Part shown: positions 45,670-55,976 of the stretch, one piece after another
How the letters are laid out: each line of letters starts with the position of its first letter
Position numbering within the stretch: the stretch's first letter is position 1
From: a bacterium
GTDB lineage: Bacteria; Electryoneota; JAOADG01
Direction: 5' to 3'
Assembly (NCBI GenBank): GCA_026417415.1
Contig: JAOADG010000008.1
Span: 449,349 to 513,348 of the forward strand
DNA length: 64,000 bases
Program-made: the position numbers and the translations under genes
The notes under the pieces: generated by a model
The model's input: only the letters and a program-made list of their open reading frames with translations
Told to the model about the DNA's origin: nothing
The model's database searches: none

Positions 45670-48543
45670 ATGATTTTTATACGAATTATCTTATTTATAG
45701 GGGTCTTGTTATTTCCATTTCCTTTAATTTCCAATCAACTTATTTATCCGATTACAAAAGGTGATAATTTTTCCTCTTTACTTAGTATTTACACACGTTC
45801 AATTGAAAACAATATAAATTCTTTTTCCACATTAATTAATGAAAATGAGATGAATGAAAGTACTGAAGTTAATGTTATACTTCATGGAAATATAAATAGA
45901 AAAGATTTAGAGGAATTGGGGGTAAAGATTGGTACATCTACGTCGAATTGGGTTACAGCAAGAGTGAATTATTTGCAATTACAACAGATAAAACAGATTC
46001 CGAATATAACCTGGATTGAGATGGGCGTAAAAAATGATCCTTTATGTGCTATTGCAAATTCAGATTCAACAACTGCAGGTGGATGGAAATTAGGAAATGG
46101 TGCATCTTTGGTACACCAAGTATATGATGGCACCAACGTGCTTTTTGGTATCATTGATACTGGAGTAGATTGGGCACATTTAGATTTTCGGAATGATGCG
46201 AATCCGACCCAATCCAGAATACTTTTCATCTGGGATATGGTAACACCACCAGGAAATGGAAGATTTTCTCCAATTGGTTTCAACTATGGTGTGGAATTTA
46301 ATCAATCACATATTAACAATGAATTAGATGGTACACCTGAGGGTTATGTAGTATCCATGTCCAATTCATCACATGGTACAACCGTTGCAGGAATTTCAGT
46401 AGGAGATGGTTCAGCATTCCCAAATAACGGTTTGGCAAAAGGAGTAGCACCTAAAGCAAATTTATTGGTTGTTCGTGTGAATCAAAGTACAACTGCAGAA
46501 ATCATTGATGGTGTAAATTGGCTAATGCAAAAAGCCAATCAATTAGGAAGGCCGATAGTGGTTAATATCTCATTAGGTGGCCATTTTGGTGCTCATGATG
46601 GTTCCAGAACTGATGAACAATACATTTCTTCACAATCGGGACCAGGTAAAATTTTTGTGATTGCAGCAGGTAATAGTGGGAATTCAAATATCCATGCACA
46701 AGGAACTGTCAATACCACTCAATCTACTACCTTTAATGTACCATCATCTACTACTGCAGTTTTAATTGATGTGTGGTACAAAGGAGGAGATGCTTACATT
46801 TTCCAATTAACGAATCCTACAGGAACCACTCTATCGTTCAATCCAATGTCTGACAATGTTGGAAATTATCCAAACAATGATTATGCAGAAGTTTACAATG
46901 GTACAGAAACAATTGCACCAATTACCAATGGGGATGGTAGAATTGTTCTATACATTGCAGATGGAAACTCAAGTACAATTACCGGTGGTACTTGGACGAT
47001 GACTTTACAAAGAGTACAGTTTTCCGGAAATGGAACTTGGGATGCTTGGGTCGCGGGTACAGCGGGGGGAAGTGTAGTTTTTACATCAAACCAAAATACT
47101 TTAAAAACACTAACTATGCCAGCAACTGCAACAAATGCAATTAGTGTAGCAAATTATAGTGGAGGTGGTATTTACATAGATATAAACGGAGTTCAGCGGG
47201 GCACTTCAACTTTGGATGGGCGGCGGGTAGCTACTTCAAGCAGAGGTCCAACACGAACAGGTGGACAAAAACCAGAGATATCTGCAGTTGGAAATGTGGC
47301 AAGGACAACACGTGCATCTTCTTACAACCCTGGAAATTCACAATTACTACCCGGTGGCTTTCATTATGTTTCTGGATCAGGTACTTCTTTTGCAGCTCCT
47401 CACGTTGCTGGTGCTGTTGTATTGATGTTACAAAAGTGGAATTTGCTTAATCAAAACGATGTAAAAAGTAAGCTAATTAATTCTGCGACTTTAGATACAC
47501 AAACAGGTCCTGTATGGAATGATTCGTGGGGATTTGGAAAATTGTACATTCCAAATGCATTGCAGACGATCACAAAAACAGTACAACCTAATGTTCCTAT
47601 TACATTTGGTAACACATCCACCACTTTAACGTTTACAACTTTGCCGAGTGGACAATGGAATGTAACTGTGGATAGGATTTCTCAGACACCACAAAACATT
47701 GGATCGCATTCTGCATTACCATTTTATTATTCAATCACTTCTTCATTACCAAATTTTAACTTTTCTACTACAATTGAAATCCAATATACAAATCAAGAAG
47801 TAGGTTCATTAGATGAAAATGTTTTAACGATTTGTTATTTTGACGGTTTAAATTGGATCCCACTCCCTAATCAAATGCGTTTTCCAAATGAAAATAAAGT
47901 ACGTGCAACTACGGATCATTTTACCGATTTTGGTGTTTTAGATAGCGAAGAAGGAACCTTACCGGTTCAGTTAACTTCATTTCAAGCTGTCGGTGAAGTA
48001 GGAAGAATTCGCATCACTTGGAAAGCGGAATCTGAGATTGATTTGAATTATTGGATTCTTGAAAAAAGAGAAAGAGGTTACCAATCATTTACTATTCATA
48101 GCATTACTCCTGGTATAGGTCAAAACGTTCCGCATCTGTACAATGTCTTTGATTATCAAGTAATTCCAGCAAAAGTGTATGAATACCGATTGACTGAAGT
48201 TACAGCGGATGGTGAACAAATTATCTATCCAAGTATCGTATCTGCAGCATCTCTTGAAAGGCAAGATCTTTCTATACCTTCAGTATTTGAAATTTCAAAG
48301 GTTTATCCAAATCCATTTAATCTGAATGCTACATTTCGAATTCGAGTCCCTTATCAATCTGAATTAGAAGTGTACGTTGTGGATATTTTAGGAAACCGTG
48401 TAGCAAACATTTCTAAAGAGCATTTTCAGTCGGGCGAATATCAATTTGAATGGAATGCGAAACATCATAGTTCTGGGATTTACTTTTTAGTTGCAAAAAT
48501 GAATGATCAACAAGTAACCAAGAAAATAGTGTTAATGAAATGA
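45670..48543 (+). CDS. Subtilisin-like serine protease (peptidase S8) with a T9SS C-terminal sorting domain.
   Basis: Catalytic triad 'GIIDTGVDWAH' (Asp), 'SHGTTVAGISVG' (His), 'GSGTSFAAPHVAGAVVLM' (Ser). RBS GGAGGAAATATG. C-terminal 'ISKVYPNPFNLNATFRI...SGIYFLVAK'. Confidence 0.9.
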   Translation: MIFIRIILFIGVLLFPFPLISNQLIYPITKGDNFSSLLSIYTRSIENNINSFSTLINENEMNESTEVNVILHGNINRKDLEELGVKIGTSTSNWVTARVNYLQLQQIKQIPNITWIEMGVKNDPLCAIANSDSTTAGGWKLGNGASLVHQVYDGTNVLFGIIDTGVDWAHLDFRNDANPTQSRILFIWDMVTPPGNGRFSPIGFNYGVEFNQSHINNELDGTPEGYVVSMSNSSHGTTVAGISVGDGSAFPNNGLAKGVAPKANLLVVRVNQSTTAEIIDGVNWLMQKANQLGRPIVVNISLGGHFGAHDGSRTDEQYISSQSGPGKIFVIAAGNSGNSNIHAQGTVNTTQSTTFNVPSSTTAVLIDVWYKGGDAYIFQLTNPTGTTLSFNPMSDNVGNYPNNDYAEVYNGTETIAPITNGDGRIVLYIADGNSSTITGGTWTMTLQRVQFSGNGTWDAWVAGTAGGSVVFTSNQNTLKTLTMPATATNAISVANYSGGGIYIDINGVQRGTSTLDGRRVATSSRGPTRTGGQKPEISAVGNVARTTRASSYNPGNSQLLPGGFHYVSGSGTSFAAPHVAGAVVLMLQKWNLLNQNDVKSKLINSATLDTQTGPVWNDSWGFGKLYIPNALQTITKTVQPNVPITFGNTSTTLTFTTLPSGQWNVTVDRISQTPQNIGSHSALPFYYSITSSLPNFNFSTTIEIQYTNQEVGSLDENVLTICYFDGLNWIPLPNQMRFPNENKVRATTDHFTDFGVLDSEEGTLPVQLTSFQAVGEVGRIRITWKAESEIDLNYWILEKRERGYQSFTIHSITPGIGQNVPHLYNVFDYQVIPAKVYEYRLTEVTADGEQIIYPSIVSAASLERQDLSIPSVFEISKVYPNPFNLNATFRIRVPYQSELEVYVVDILGNRVANISKEHFQSGEYQFEWNAKHHSSGIYFLVAKMNDQQVTKKIVLMK

Positions 48544-49022
48544 AATGGATTATTGACGGGAATAACGTATTAGGTGTTCATAAAGATAAAAATTGGATTC
48601 CGAGAATATCTCAAATACAGAATCTAATCAGTTCATCTAATGCTTTAGGTGAAGTCATTATTGTGTTTGATGGAAGTTCTATCCCTTATCTTCCTAAAAA
48701 GAATGTAAGAGTCGTGTTTACGAATTCACAACAAGCATACGATAGCGCTGACGATTACATTATACAAATCTTACAAGACAATGAGAATGCTACTGTAGTA
48801 ACTGATGACGTCCAGTTGAAAAATCGTGTTCAAGCAAAAGGTGTAAAAACCATGTCAAATGCTGAATTTAAACAATTGATCAAACGAAAAACTACACCTA
48901 AACCAAGATCTATTACTGATCAGATAATAACAGACGGAAAAGAAAAGTTAAACGTTAAAATCAATTCTAAGCAAATTTTGGAGGAACTCATCAAACCACG
49001 TCCTCGCTTAGATGATGATTAA
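48540..49022 (+). CDS. NYN-domain (YacP/Rae1-like) putative ribonuclease.
   Basis: 'MKWIIDGNNVLG' and acidic 'VVTDD' fit YacP-like NYN/PIN proteins. Overlaps the upstream gene by 4 nt. Confidence 0.55.
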   Translation: MKWIIDGNNVLGVHKDKNWIPRISQIQNLISSSNALGEVIIVFDGSSIPYLPKKNVRVVFTNSQQAYDSADDYIIQILQDNENATVVTDDVQLKNRVQAKGVKTMSNAEFKQLIKRKTTPKPRSITDQIITDGKEKLNVKINSKQILEELIKPRPRLDDD

Positions 49023-50041
49023 TGCACTAAATATTTTTTAAACATATGAATAGCTTTTTCTATTCCATCATCGTTTACATCCAAATGGGTAACTAAGCGA
49101 ATCTTGTTTTTTCCAAAAGCAGTGAATAGAACTCCTTCTTTTTTACCGAATTCAACTAATTCATTATTATTCTTTTTTTCTGGAACTTCAAAAATTACAA
49201 TATTGGTTTGTACATCTTTTGAACGAATAGTGTAGCCCAAAGTTTCTAATGCTTCTGCTAATCTTTTGGCTCGGATGTGATCTTCTATCAATCGTTCACG
49301 ATGATGATCCAATGCATAAATGGCACAAGCAGCAAGATATCCCACTTGTCGCATACCACCACCTAAACGCTTTCTAATCCGTCGTGCATCTTGGATTTTT
49401 TCTTTTGTACTAACAATGGCAGAACCTATGGGTGCACCCAATCCTTTTGAAAAACAGACAGTAACAGTGTCTGCATATTGTGTCCATTCTTTTACTTTTA
49501 CATTTGCAGCAACGGCAGCATTCCAAATCCGAGCTCCATCTAGATGCAATAAAAGGTTAAAATTCTTACAAAAGTTAGAGATATCTTCAACTTCTTTCAC
49601 ACTCCATACAGTGCCGCCTGCACGATTGTGCGTATTTTCAATAGTAACCAATTTAGAAGGTGGAAAATGAATGTTGTTAGGACGGATCAGTTCATCTAAT
49701 TGAGAGGGATTAAAAATACCTCTTTCAGTAGAGATAGCGCGTAATTGGACTCCAGATAAGAAAGATGGCGCACCAGATTCATAATTCATTAAATGACATC
49801 CAGCATCACAATAAACTTCATCTCCGGGATTTGTTAGAATCTTAATTGCAATTTGGTTTGCCATGGTTCCAGATGGTACAAACAATGCATCTTCTTTCCC
49901 GAGAATATCTGCAACTTTTTCTTGTAGTTGGATAACAGTGGGATCGTCACCGAACACATCATCTCCAACTGTAGCATGAACCATCGCTTCAAGCATTCCT
50001 TTGGTGGGACGTGTTACTGTATCCGAACGTAAATCTACCAT
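49019..50041 (-). CDS. ltaE: Low-specificity L-threonine aldolase (PLP-dependent).
   Basis: 'MVDLRSDTVTRPTKGMLEAM...GDDVFGDDPTV...SGTMANQ' is the threonine-aldolase N-terminus. The likely start is the Met of 'MVDLRSD' (nt 50041), not the track start at 50089. Confidence 0.85.
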   Translation of the reverse strand: MVDLRSDTVTRPTKGMLEAMVHATVGDDVFGDDPTVIQLQEKVADILGKEDALFVPSGTMANQIAIKILTNPGDEVYCDAGCHLMNYESGAPSFLSGVQLRAISTERGIFNPSQLDELIRPNNIHFPPSKLVTIENTHNRAGGTVWSVKEVEDISNFCKNFNLLLHLDGARIWNAAVAANVKVKEWTQYADTVTVCFSKGLGAPIGSAIVSTKEKIQDARRIRKRLGGGMRQVGYLAACAIYALDHHRERLIEDHIRAKRLAEALETLGYTIRSKDVQTNIVIFEVPEKKNNNELVEFGKKEGVLFTAFGKNKIRLVTHLDVNDDGIEKAIHMFKKYLVH

Positions 50042-50079
50042 ACCAATTTCTCCGTTGTTTGAGATAAATTTACAAAAAA

Positions 50080-50110
50080 TGCGCCGCAATGATGCGGCGC
50101 ATCTCTTGAA
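50080..50110 (-). terminator. Rho-independent terminator after the 1899-aa gene.
   Basis: On the minus strand: GCGCCGCA-TCAT-TGCGGCGC followed by ATTTTTTGT. Confidence 0.7.
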
Positions 50111-50121
50111 AAAAAATCATT

Positions 50122-53100
50122 TTACTTCACTAAGACCATTTTTTTCAGTGCTTGAAATTTACCGCTTTCTATTCTATAGAAATAAACCCCTGCAGCGAAT
50201 TTAGTGCCGTCAAACCGAACTGAATGATATCCTGCAGGTAATTCTTCATTGACCAGCGTTGCCACAGTTCGACCTAAAAGATCAAACACTGTAAGTTTAG
50301 TTAACCCTTTTTCTTTTAGATCAAATCGAATCTCAGTAACGGGATTAAATGGATTCGGGTAGTTTTGGTGCAATTTATATTCTACTGGCAAACCATTTTG
50401 ATCACTAACTTCGCTTGGAATTCCAACAGTGATTTGAACAGGAATAACATGGGGTGAAGGGCAACCATTGAAAATGATGCGAATGTTTGCGTTTAAGATT
50501 TGCCCTATGGTATGAGTTGAGTCAACAGTAACTTGGACAAATAGATCATTGGTTTGACCCGGTAAAATCGTTCCGCTGGTAGGATTGGCAATAATCCAAG
50601 TGGACCAACCATTTTGTGCAAATGCAATCTTATAGCCGTCCATATTGGTCGGGATATTCTGACCAGAAGTTGCAGTATAATAGCATTGGATATAATTGTT
50701 GTTTGCACCTGATCCACCTTGAATACCAATGGTGGGATTCAGTGCGCTTTCCGTCATACTATTGTATGCGAAGATGATACCGTTATTCGAGCCGTGTAGT
50801 TGAACTTGAAAACTCACAGTGTTTGATGGTGTACTGTACCGATAGCCATTCCATTGAACATAAAAAATATTTGAAGCAATATCATGATAAGTAATCGCAG
50901 TAGTCACTAAATCATCCCAACAAGGCATAATCATATTCGTTGCAACTGTTGTAGGTAAAGTAGTATTACCTAAAGAGTTACTTCCTGTAGTGGTGCCTAA
51001 TTGAATGAAACCATTGGAACAGATCCAAAAACCACCTGAATAAGTAGTTCCGTAATATTCAAAAGTAAAGTTGCCAAAGTTTGCTGCTAAGCCATAATCA
51101 TCTTGACCAGTGAAAATTGTAGTACCAATTGAAGTAATATCAAAGAAATCAAAACTGGGGAAATCATTTTCTACATTGTCAATTGCTTCATATCCTGAAC
51201 CGTCTGGTCCCCATCTAGTATCTGTACTAGTTTGAAGTGTTTGTAAACGTACACGCCAATTAAGTGGAGAGTTGCCTGTATTTTGTAAGGTTACTGTAGT
51301 TGAAGAAATTAATCCCGGCGGTACCAACATTTCTACAGAACTTGGATTTACTGCTAAAATTGGACGTGTCATATAAAAGTTCAATGTATCAGTTTGAGCA
51401 GAATCTACAACCACTCCAGTGATAGTAACAGTATCATAGCAAGCAACTCTGGCTTGAACATCATAGACGCCAGTACGTATATCGGGAATTACAAAATTTC
51501 CGTTGATGTCAGTGATCGCACTATAAATTCCTGCTCTTACTTCTACATTTGGCATGGGTGGTGTGCCCGGGATTGAATCCCGTACAGTACCTACTAACGA
51601 ACCAAATCCAGGACCCATAAAATTTCCTTCATCAGCACCAATATCACAAGTAGTCCCAGATCTCGTATCTCCATCAAAATCAAAATTAAGAGTTGGATAT
51701 CGTAAAGCCCCATTTTCTATTACAGTACTCAAGAGTGGATTAATATGCAGATTTGTATCAGCTACAAACGGAGCCAATTCCGAAAATGAGAGTTGATCAC
51801 GCGGAGACCAAGTGGGGTTATTGACGAGTTCTTCCAAAGTATTGATGTTGGTAGTTCCAATTCGTGCAGGATAATTGTTATCCGTTAAATTTCCTGGAAT
51901 AGGAGCAAGTAGATTGTAATTGCTAAAAAGAATTGTGGTTGGCGTATTGATATAAATTCCAACGTGATAGTTTGAAGTTGTGCCACCACTTCGTGTATTT
52001 TGGAAAATATTTCCCCATAAGGTATCACCAGTAGCAGATGTACTTCCAAAATAAAACCCAAAACTGTTACCTGAAGATGTGGTTCCTTGTATCCAAACAG
52101 AATTGTTCACGTAAGATGTGCGCGCATATGTTCCTGAACCAGCTTCATAGATACCATATACACTACCTGTAGTGCCAGCACCAACATTGACCATATTGTT
52201 CGCAACCAAATTGTTGGCATCATAGATACGAATACCATACACTGTACTTGAAGCAGTTCCACGGATATTATTGACATGGTTGGAGGTTATCTGTCCAAAT
52301 TGAAAACCAGTAGTTGTAAAAATTCCATAAACGGTTGAACTAGAACTTGGTGTTACATGGAACAACCGATTTTTATGGAATTTAAAGTATGTATTATACC
52401 CAGTATACAAACCATAATAATAAAAGTCACGGATATCACAATTTTCAACGGAACTTTCAGTGATTAATTCTGCTGTACTTCCATAAGCATATATTGAATA
52501 ATATCCTCCGATAAGTTCACAATTGATGACTCGATTAGCAGGAAGAGGAATATTTGGACTAGTTCCAGTATTTGCAAACTGAACTACGCGATAAGTACTC
52601 GAAGTAGTAATACCAATGTTCAATACACAATTTTTTACCGTATTGTAACCAGAACTATCGGAGAATAATATAACCGATGTAATACTACCACTAGTGTTGA
52701 TTCGGACGTGTCTTCCATTTGGATCGTTGGGCCAACTACCATCCAAAGTAATGTAACGTGCGTTTCGGAATACAAATGCACCTGTGCTTGAAGTAGATGT
52801 TTTATTGATAATCACTTCGGCACCTTGTTCGGGACGAAATACCACAGGTCTTGTTGAATCTGATGTGAAACTGATTGTATCTGCTTGTTCGTTGTAAGTC
52901 CCACTACGAATTAGAAAAGTTACACCTCCTGTACCCACACCAATGTCTCGTAATGCGGCTAATGCAGCAGATATTGAAACAAAATCTGGATTTTCACCAC
53001 CAATGGTCAAATTCCCGCTTAATGAAGCGCGGACAAAGTAACCAAATGTATTATTTGGTGGTGTCGTGCCAGGAGGATTGGCTCCTGAACCACCAAATGG

Positions 53101-55821
53101 TAAAGTGGTAACATTTCCAGCATCATCTTGTGCCGCTAAATAATAAAGGACATTAGTATTTAGAGGAAAACCGGGAATAGTAAAGTAGTAATTACTCCCT
53201 ACAATTGAATCTGCATTTACAAATGACCAACTTGGATTCGTTGCATTACGATAATACAATCTTGGTGCATTGACGCCCGTAGAGACGCCAACATTATCGG
53301 TAATATTTGCTACTGCTACTCGTGGTGTAGTGATTGCTTCGGAAACAAGTGGGGTATGTTGAATGATCGGCCGAATTAAATCATTGCCTGTTGCAAAATT
53401 GCCTTCATCAGCTCCAATATCGGGAGTTGTACTTCGTACTTGGTTATCAAAATCGTTAGTGACACTTACAGGTCTTCCCGCTGATTCAACCAGTGTTGGT
53501 GCTGTTGGATTGATGTGTAAATTTGGAATTCCAATAAAGGTAGGGCTAAATGTATAAGATTCATTATCAAAAGAATATCCAGCATTTCGTGCATCACTTA
53601 AAGTATTATAATTCACTGAATTGTAACGAATGTTAAAGCGATTATCAGTTGCTGATTCATTTCCATTGCTAAAGATATTGTTATTGGAATATAGAACAGG
53701 TGTTGTACCTGTTCCGAAACTGAGTGCATTGTGATAATATGTGGATGTACCACCAAGTCGTTCATTGATTAAAATATTGTTTACAAGTGAATCACTGGTC
53801 GCTGCACCTGAGTAAAATATTGCGTGAGAACTATAATTTCCTGCACTACCACCAATTCTAACTGTATTGTAAAAAACTTTTTTCTGACTTGTGCCCAAAT
53901 ACATTCCGTAAATTGTTCCACCACCATTAGGGTCAATATTGATCATATTGTTAGCAACTAACGCATTAGGACCATTGCTTAAATAAATGCCATAAACAGT
54001 ACCTGTGGAGGAAGGAATTAAGTCGTGAATCCAGTTTCTTGTAATTTGATTGTTGTTATTATTCGAAGCGATATGGTAGATCCCATACAAGGCACCAGTG
54101 GTTGCTCCTGTATTGTAAATTTCATTGCCATCAAAAATCGAATTGCCCACATAGTATAAGTACAATCCATAATACGCAAAATTCACGATTTTATTGTTTG
54201 CAATGAATAAATTGGTATGATTTGATGAGGAACTACCATAGATATAAAAAGAATAATATCCTCCTGTTATTTGGCAATTCATCACTGTATCGCCTACGCA
54301 TGGGGCTGAAGGATTAGTTCCGGAAGTGAAATAGATATAAATCGGACGAAAGGTAGAAGTATTGCCTCCAACCGTTACATTTACGTTTTTTACAGTATTG
54401 TAATCAGCACCATTGCTAAACCAAAAACCATAATATCCATTTGTTCCTTGCGCATTCACAGAAATTAAATTTCTTCCCGGAGCATCTGGATGGCTTCCAT
54501 CAAAAGTGATGTAATCTGCATCTAAAAATCTAAACGCGAAGGGTTCTGCAGATGTACATGTTACATTGATGGTAACTTGGTTTGTATCTGCAGGTTTGAA
54601 GTAAACTCGTGAGTTTGGCCCAGAGAAAATCATATTTGTGAAAGTATTAGGAACTTCATTGTAAATACCACCTCGTATCAAGAAGGTAACACCTTGGTTA
54701 GTTCCTGCTGCATTCAAGGCAGTGATTGCTGCACTTATAGTTGGATAATCGGGGTTGACTCCACCGATTGTCCGTATTCCATCCATTGCTGGTGCAAAGG
54801 TTCTAAATCGCCAAATCGCACTATTTGCAATTTCGTTAGTAGAATCATTTCTTGCAGCAATCTTCCAATAGTACCAAGTTCCTTGAGTTAAGTTGGAATA
54901 GATGTAAACAGTATCTGTTGTTCCAGTAGCAACGCGTGCAGCAGGGCTACTACTCTGAACCGCTGTCTGGTTAGTAGATAGATAGACATCAAATGAATGT
55001 GTATTTACAGTTTGATTACGCCAAATTAAACTACCTGTTAAATTATTTACACCAGTAGAATTGTTGGCGGGTGAAACTAAAATCGGTAAGGGTGGATATG
55101 TAGGTGAAGTAATGATTTCCAATTGTATATTAGGACGATTAGAATTTACAGTACCATTTCCGGTTTCTATTCCACCGGAATCTGCATAGCGATACCAATG
55201 ATTGTTGGTTGAAGTATGGTAATACCAATTGGTTGTACTCGTTGAATAAGCAGGGCGATAACTGTACATCATTACGTATAAATTGCTTGTTCCATCATAC
55301 ATAAAATCGTTTATATCCCATTCATTCCAACCAATGGTAGTTGGGCCAGTATAATTTTCTGCACCAGAATCATACACTAATGTTGCGTTGTTTCGATAAG
55401 TAGGCCAATCAACTGCTGTGCATTGCGTATCGGTAGTGTGTTTTAAATAAATGTAAACTCGTCTTGCACCCCAACCTGAAGCAACATTGCCGCAATACCA
55501 TCGTAAGTGAGTAATGAGGCCTTGACCTGTTCCAATTTCTGCAGCTGTATAAAGTGAAACGCTCGCTACATTCCACCAATAATCGTAAATAGGATATGAA
55601 CCCAATGTCGTCCCTGTACCAATCGTAACAGTAATATCGGTTTCATCTAAATTGTTTGAACGTGTAACGACTACTGGTTCAGGATTGATGGGAGCAGGTT
55701 CAAATAAAATTTGTTGTTCATCGGGTTTAGAAATTAAAAAACTTTCTATTTCCTGTGCGTCAATAGAAAAGGACATTCCAAACAGAAGAACGAATAAAAA
55801 GAGTAAAGAACTCAATCTCAT
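50122..55821 (-). CDS. 1899-aa secreted protein: FN3-like domain, two tandem right-handed parallel beta-helix modules, a CarbPepD_reg-like domain, a NIDO-like domain and a T9SS C-terminal sorting domain.
   Basis: Signal peptide 'MRLSSLLFLFVLLFGMSFSIDAQE'. Duplicated blocks ('TIGGVNPDYPTISAAITALNAAG...FLIRGGIYNE' versus 'TIGGENPDFVSISAALAALRDIG...FLIRSGTYNEQ'). PbH1-like repeats 'NNKIVNFAYYGLYLYY'. C-terminal 'LHQNYPNPFNPVTEIRFDL...AGVYFYRIESG'. Confidence 0.75.
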   Translation of the reverse strand: MRLSSLLFLFVLLFGMSFSIDAQEIESFLISKPDEQQILFEPAPINPEPVVVTRSNNLDETDITVTIGTGTTLGSYPIYDYWWNVASVSLYTAAEIGTGQGLITHLRWYCGNVASGWGARRVYIYLKHTTDTQCTAVDWPTYRNNATLVYDSGAENYTGPTTIGWNEWDINDFMYDGTSNLYVMMYSYRPAYSTSTTNWYYHTSTNNHWYRYADSGGIETGNGTVNSNRPNIQLEIITSPTYPPLPILVSPANNSTGVNNLTGSLIWRNQTVNTHSFDVYLSTNQTAVQSSSPAARVATGTTDTVYIYSNLTQGTWYYWKIAARNDSTNEIANSAIWRFRTFAPAMDGIRTIGGVNPDYPTISAAITALNAAGTNQGVTFLIRGGIYNEVPNTFTNMIFSGPNSRVYFKPADTNQVTINVTCTSAEPFAFRFLDADYITFDGSHPDAPGRNLISVNAQGTNGYYGFWFSNGADYNTVKNVNVTVGGNTSTFRPIYIYFTSGTNPSAPCVGDTVMNCQITGGYYSFYIYGSSSSNHTNLFIANNKIVNFAYYGLYLYYVGNSIFDGNEIYNTGATTGALYGIYHIASNNNNNQITRNWIHDLIPSSTGTVYGIYLSNGPNALVANNMINIDPNGGGTIYGMYLGTSQKKVFYNTVRIGGSAGNYSSHAIFYSGAATSDSLVNNILINERLGGTSTYYHNALSFGTGTTPVLYSNNNIFSNGNESATDNRFNIRYNSVNYNTLSDARNAGYSFDNESYTFSPTFIGIPNLHINPTAPTLVESAGRPVSVTNDFDNQVRSTTPDIGADEGNFATGNDLIRPIIQHTPLVSEAITTPRVAVANITDNVGVSTGVNAPRLYYRNATNPSWSFVNADSIVGSNYYFTIPGFPLNTNVLYYLAAQDDAGNVTTLPFGGSGANPPGTTPPNNTFGYFVRASLSGNLTIGGENPDFVSISAALAALRDIGVGTGGVTFLIRSGTYNEQADTISFTSDSTRPVVFRPEQGAEVIINKTSTSSTGAFVFRNARYITLDGSWPNDPNGRHVRINTSGSITSVILFSDSSGYNTVKNCVLNIGITTSSTYRVVQFANTGTSPNIPLPANRVINCELIGGYYSIYAYGSTAELITESSVENCDIRDFYYYGLYTGYNTYFKFHKNRLFHVTPSSSSTVYGIFTTTGFQFGQITSNHVNNIRGTASSTVYGIRIYDANNLVANNMVNVGAGTTGSVYGIYEAGSGTYARTSYVNNSVWIQGTTSSGNSFGFYFGSTSATGDTLWGNIFQNTRSGGTTSNYHVGIYINTPTTILFSNYNLLAPIPGNLTDNNYPARIGTTNINTLEELVNNPTWSPRDQLSFSELAPFVADTNLHINPLLSTVIENGALRYPTLNFDFDGDTRSGTTCDIGADEGNFMGPGFGSLVGTVRDSIPGTPPMPNVEVRAGIYSAITDINGNFVIPDIRTGVYDVQARVACYDTVTITGVVVDSAQTDTLNFYMTRPILAVNPSSVEMLVPPGLISSTTVTLQNTGNSPLNWRVRLQTLQTSTDTRWGPDGSGYEAIDNVENDFPSFDFFDITSIGTTIFTGQDDYGLAANFGNFTFEYYGTTYSGGFWICSNGFIQLGTTTGSNSLGNTTLPTTVATNMIMPCWDDLVTTAITYHDIASNIFYVQWNGYRYSTPSNTVSFQVQLHGSNNGIIFAYNSMTESALNPTIGIQGGSGANNNYIQCYYTATSGQNIPTNMDGYKIAFAQNGWSTWIIANPTSGTILPGQTNDLFVQVTVDSTHTIGQILNANIRIIFNGCPSPHVIPVQITVGIPSEVSDQNGLPVEYKLHQNYPNPFNPVTEIRFDLKEKGLTKLTVFDLLGRTVATLVNEELPAGYHSVRFDGTKFAAGVYFYRIESGKFQALKKMVLVK

Positions 55822-55976
55822 TTTACGACTCCTTAATGTCTATAAAGGTTTCCAAGGCGAGCAAAACATAGTTCCCAAACTTGTTTAAGAACGTAGAGAA
55901 ACAAGAATTACAAGGCAAGTGTATTTAGATTATCAACGATTATTTAATTGAGCAATTTTCTCACATTTACAATGGA

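Noticed and set aside
50042-50089. Track start of ltaE at 50089.
   Set aside because: Using 50089 would place the start inside the terminator hairpin of the upstream gene. The conserved threonine-aldolase N-terminus begins at the Met of 'MVDLRSD' (50041), which has an RBS-like 'GAGAAATTGGT' before it.
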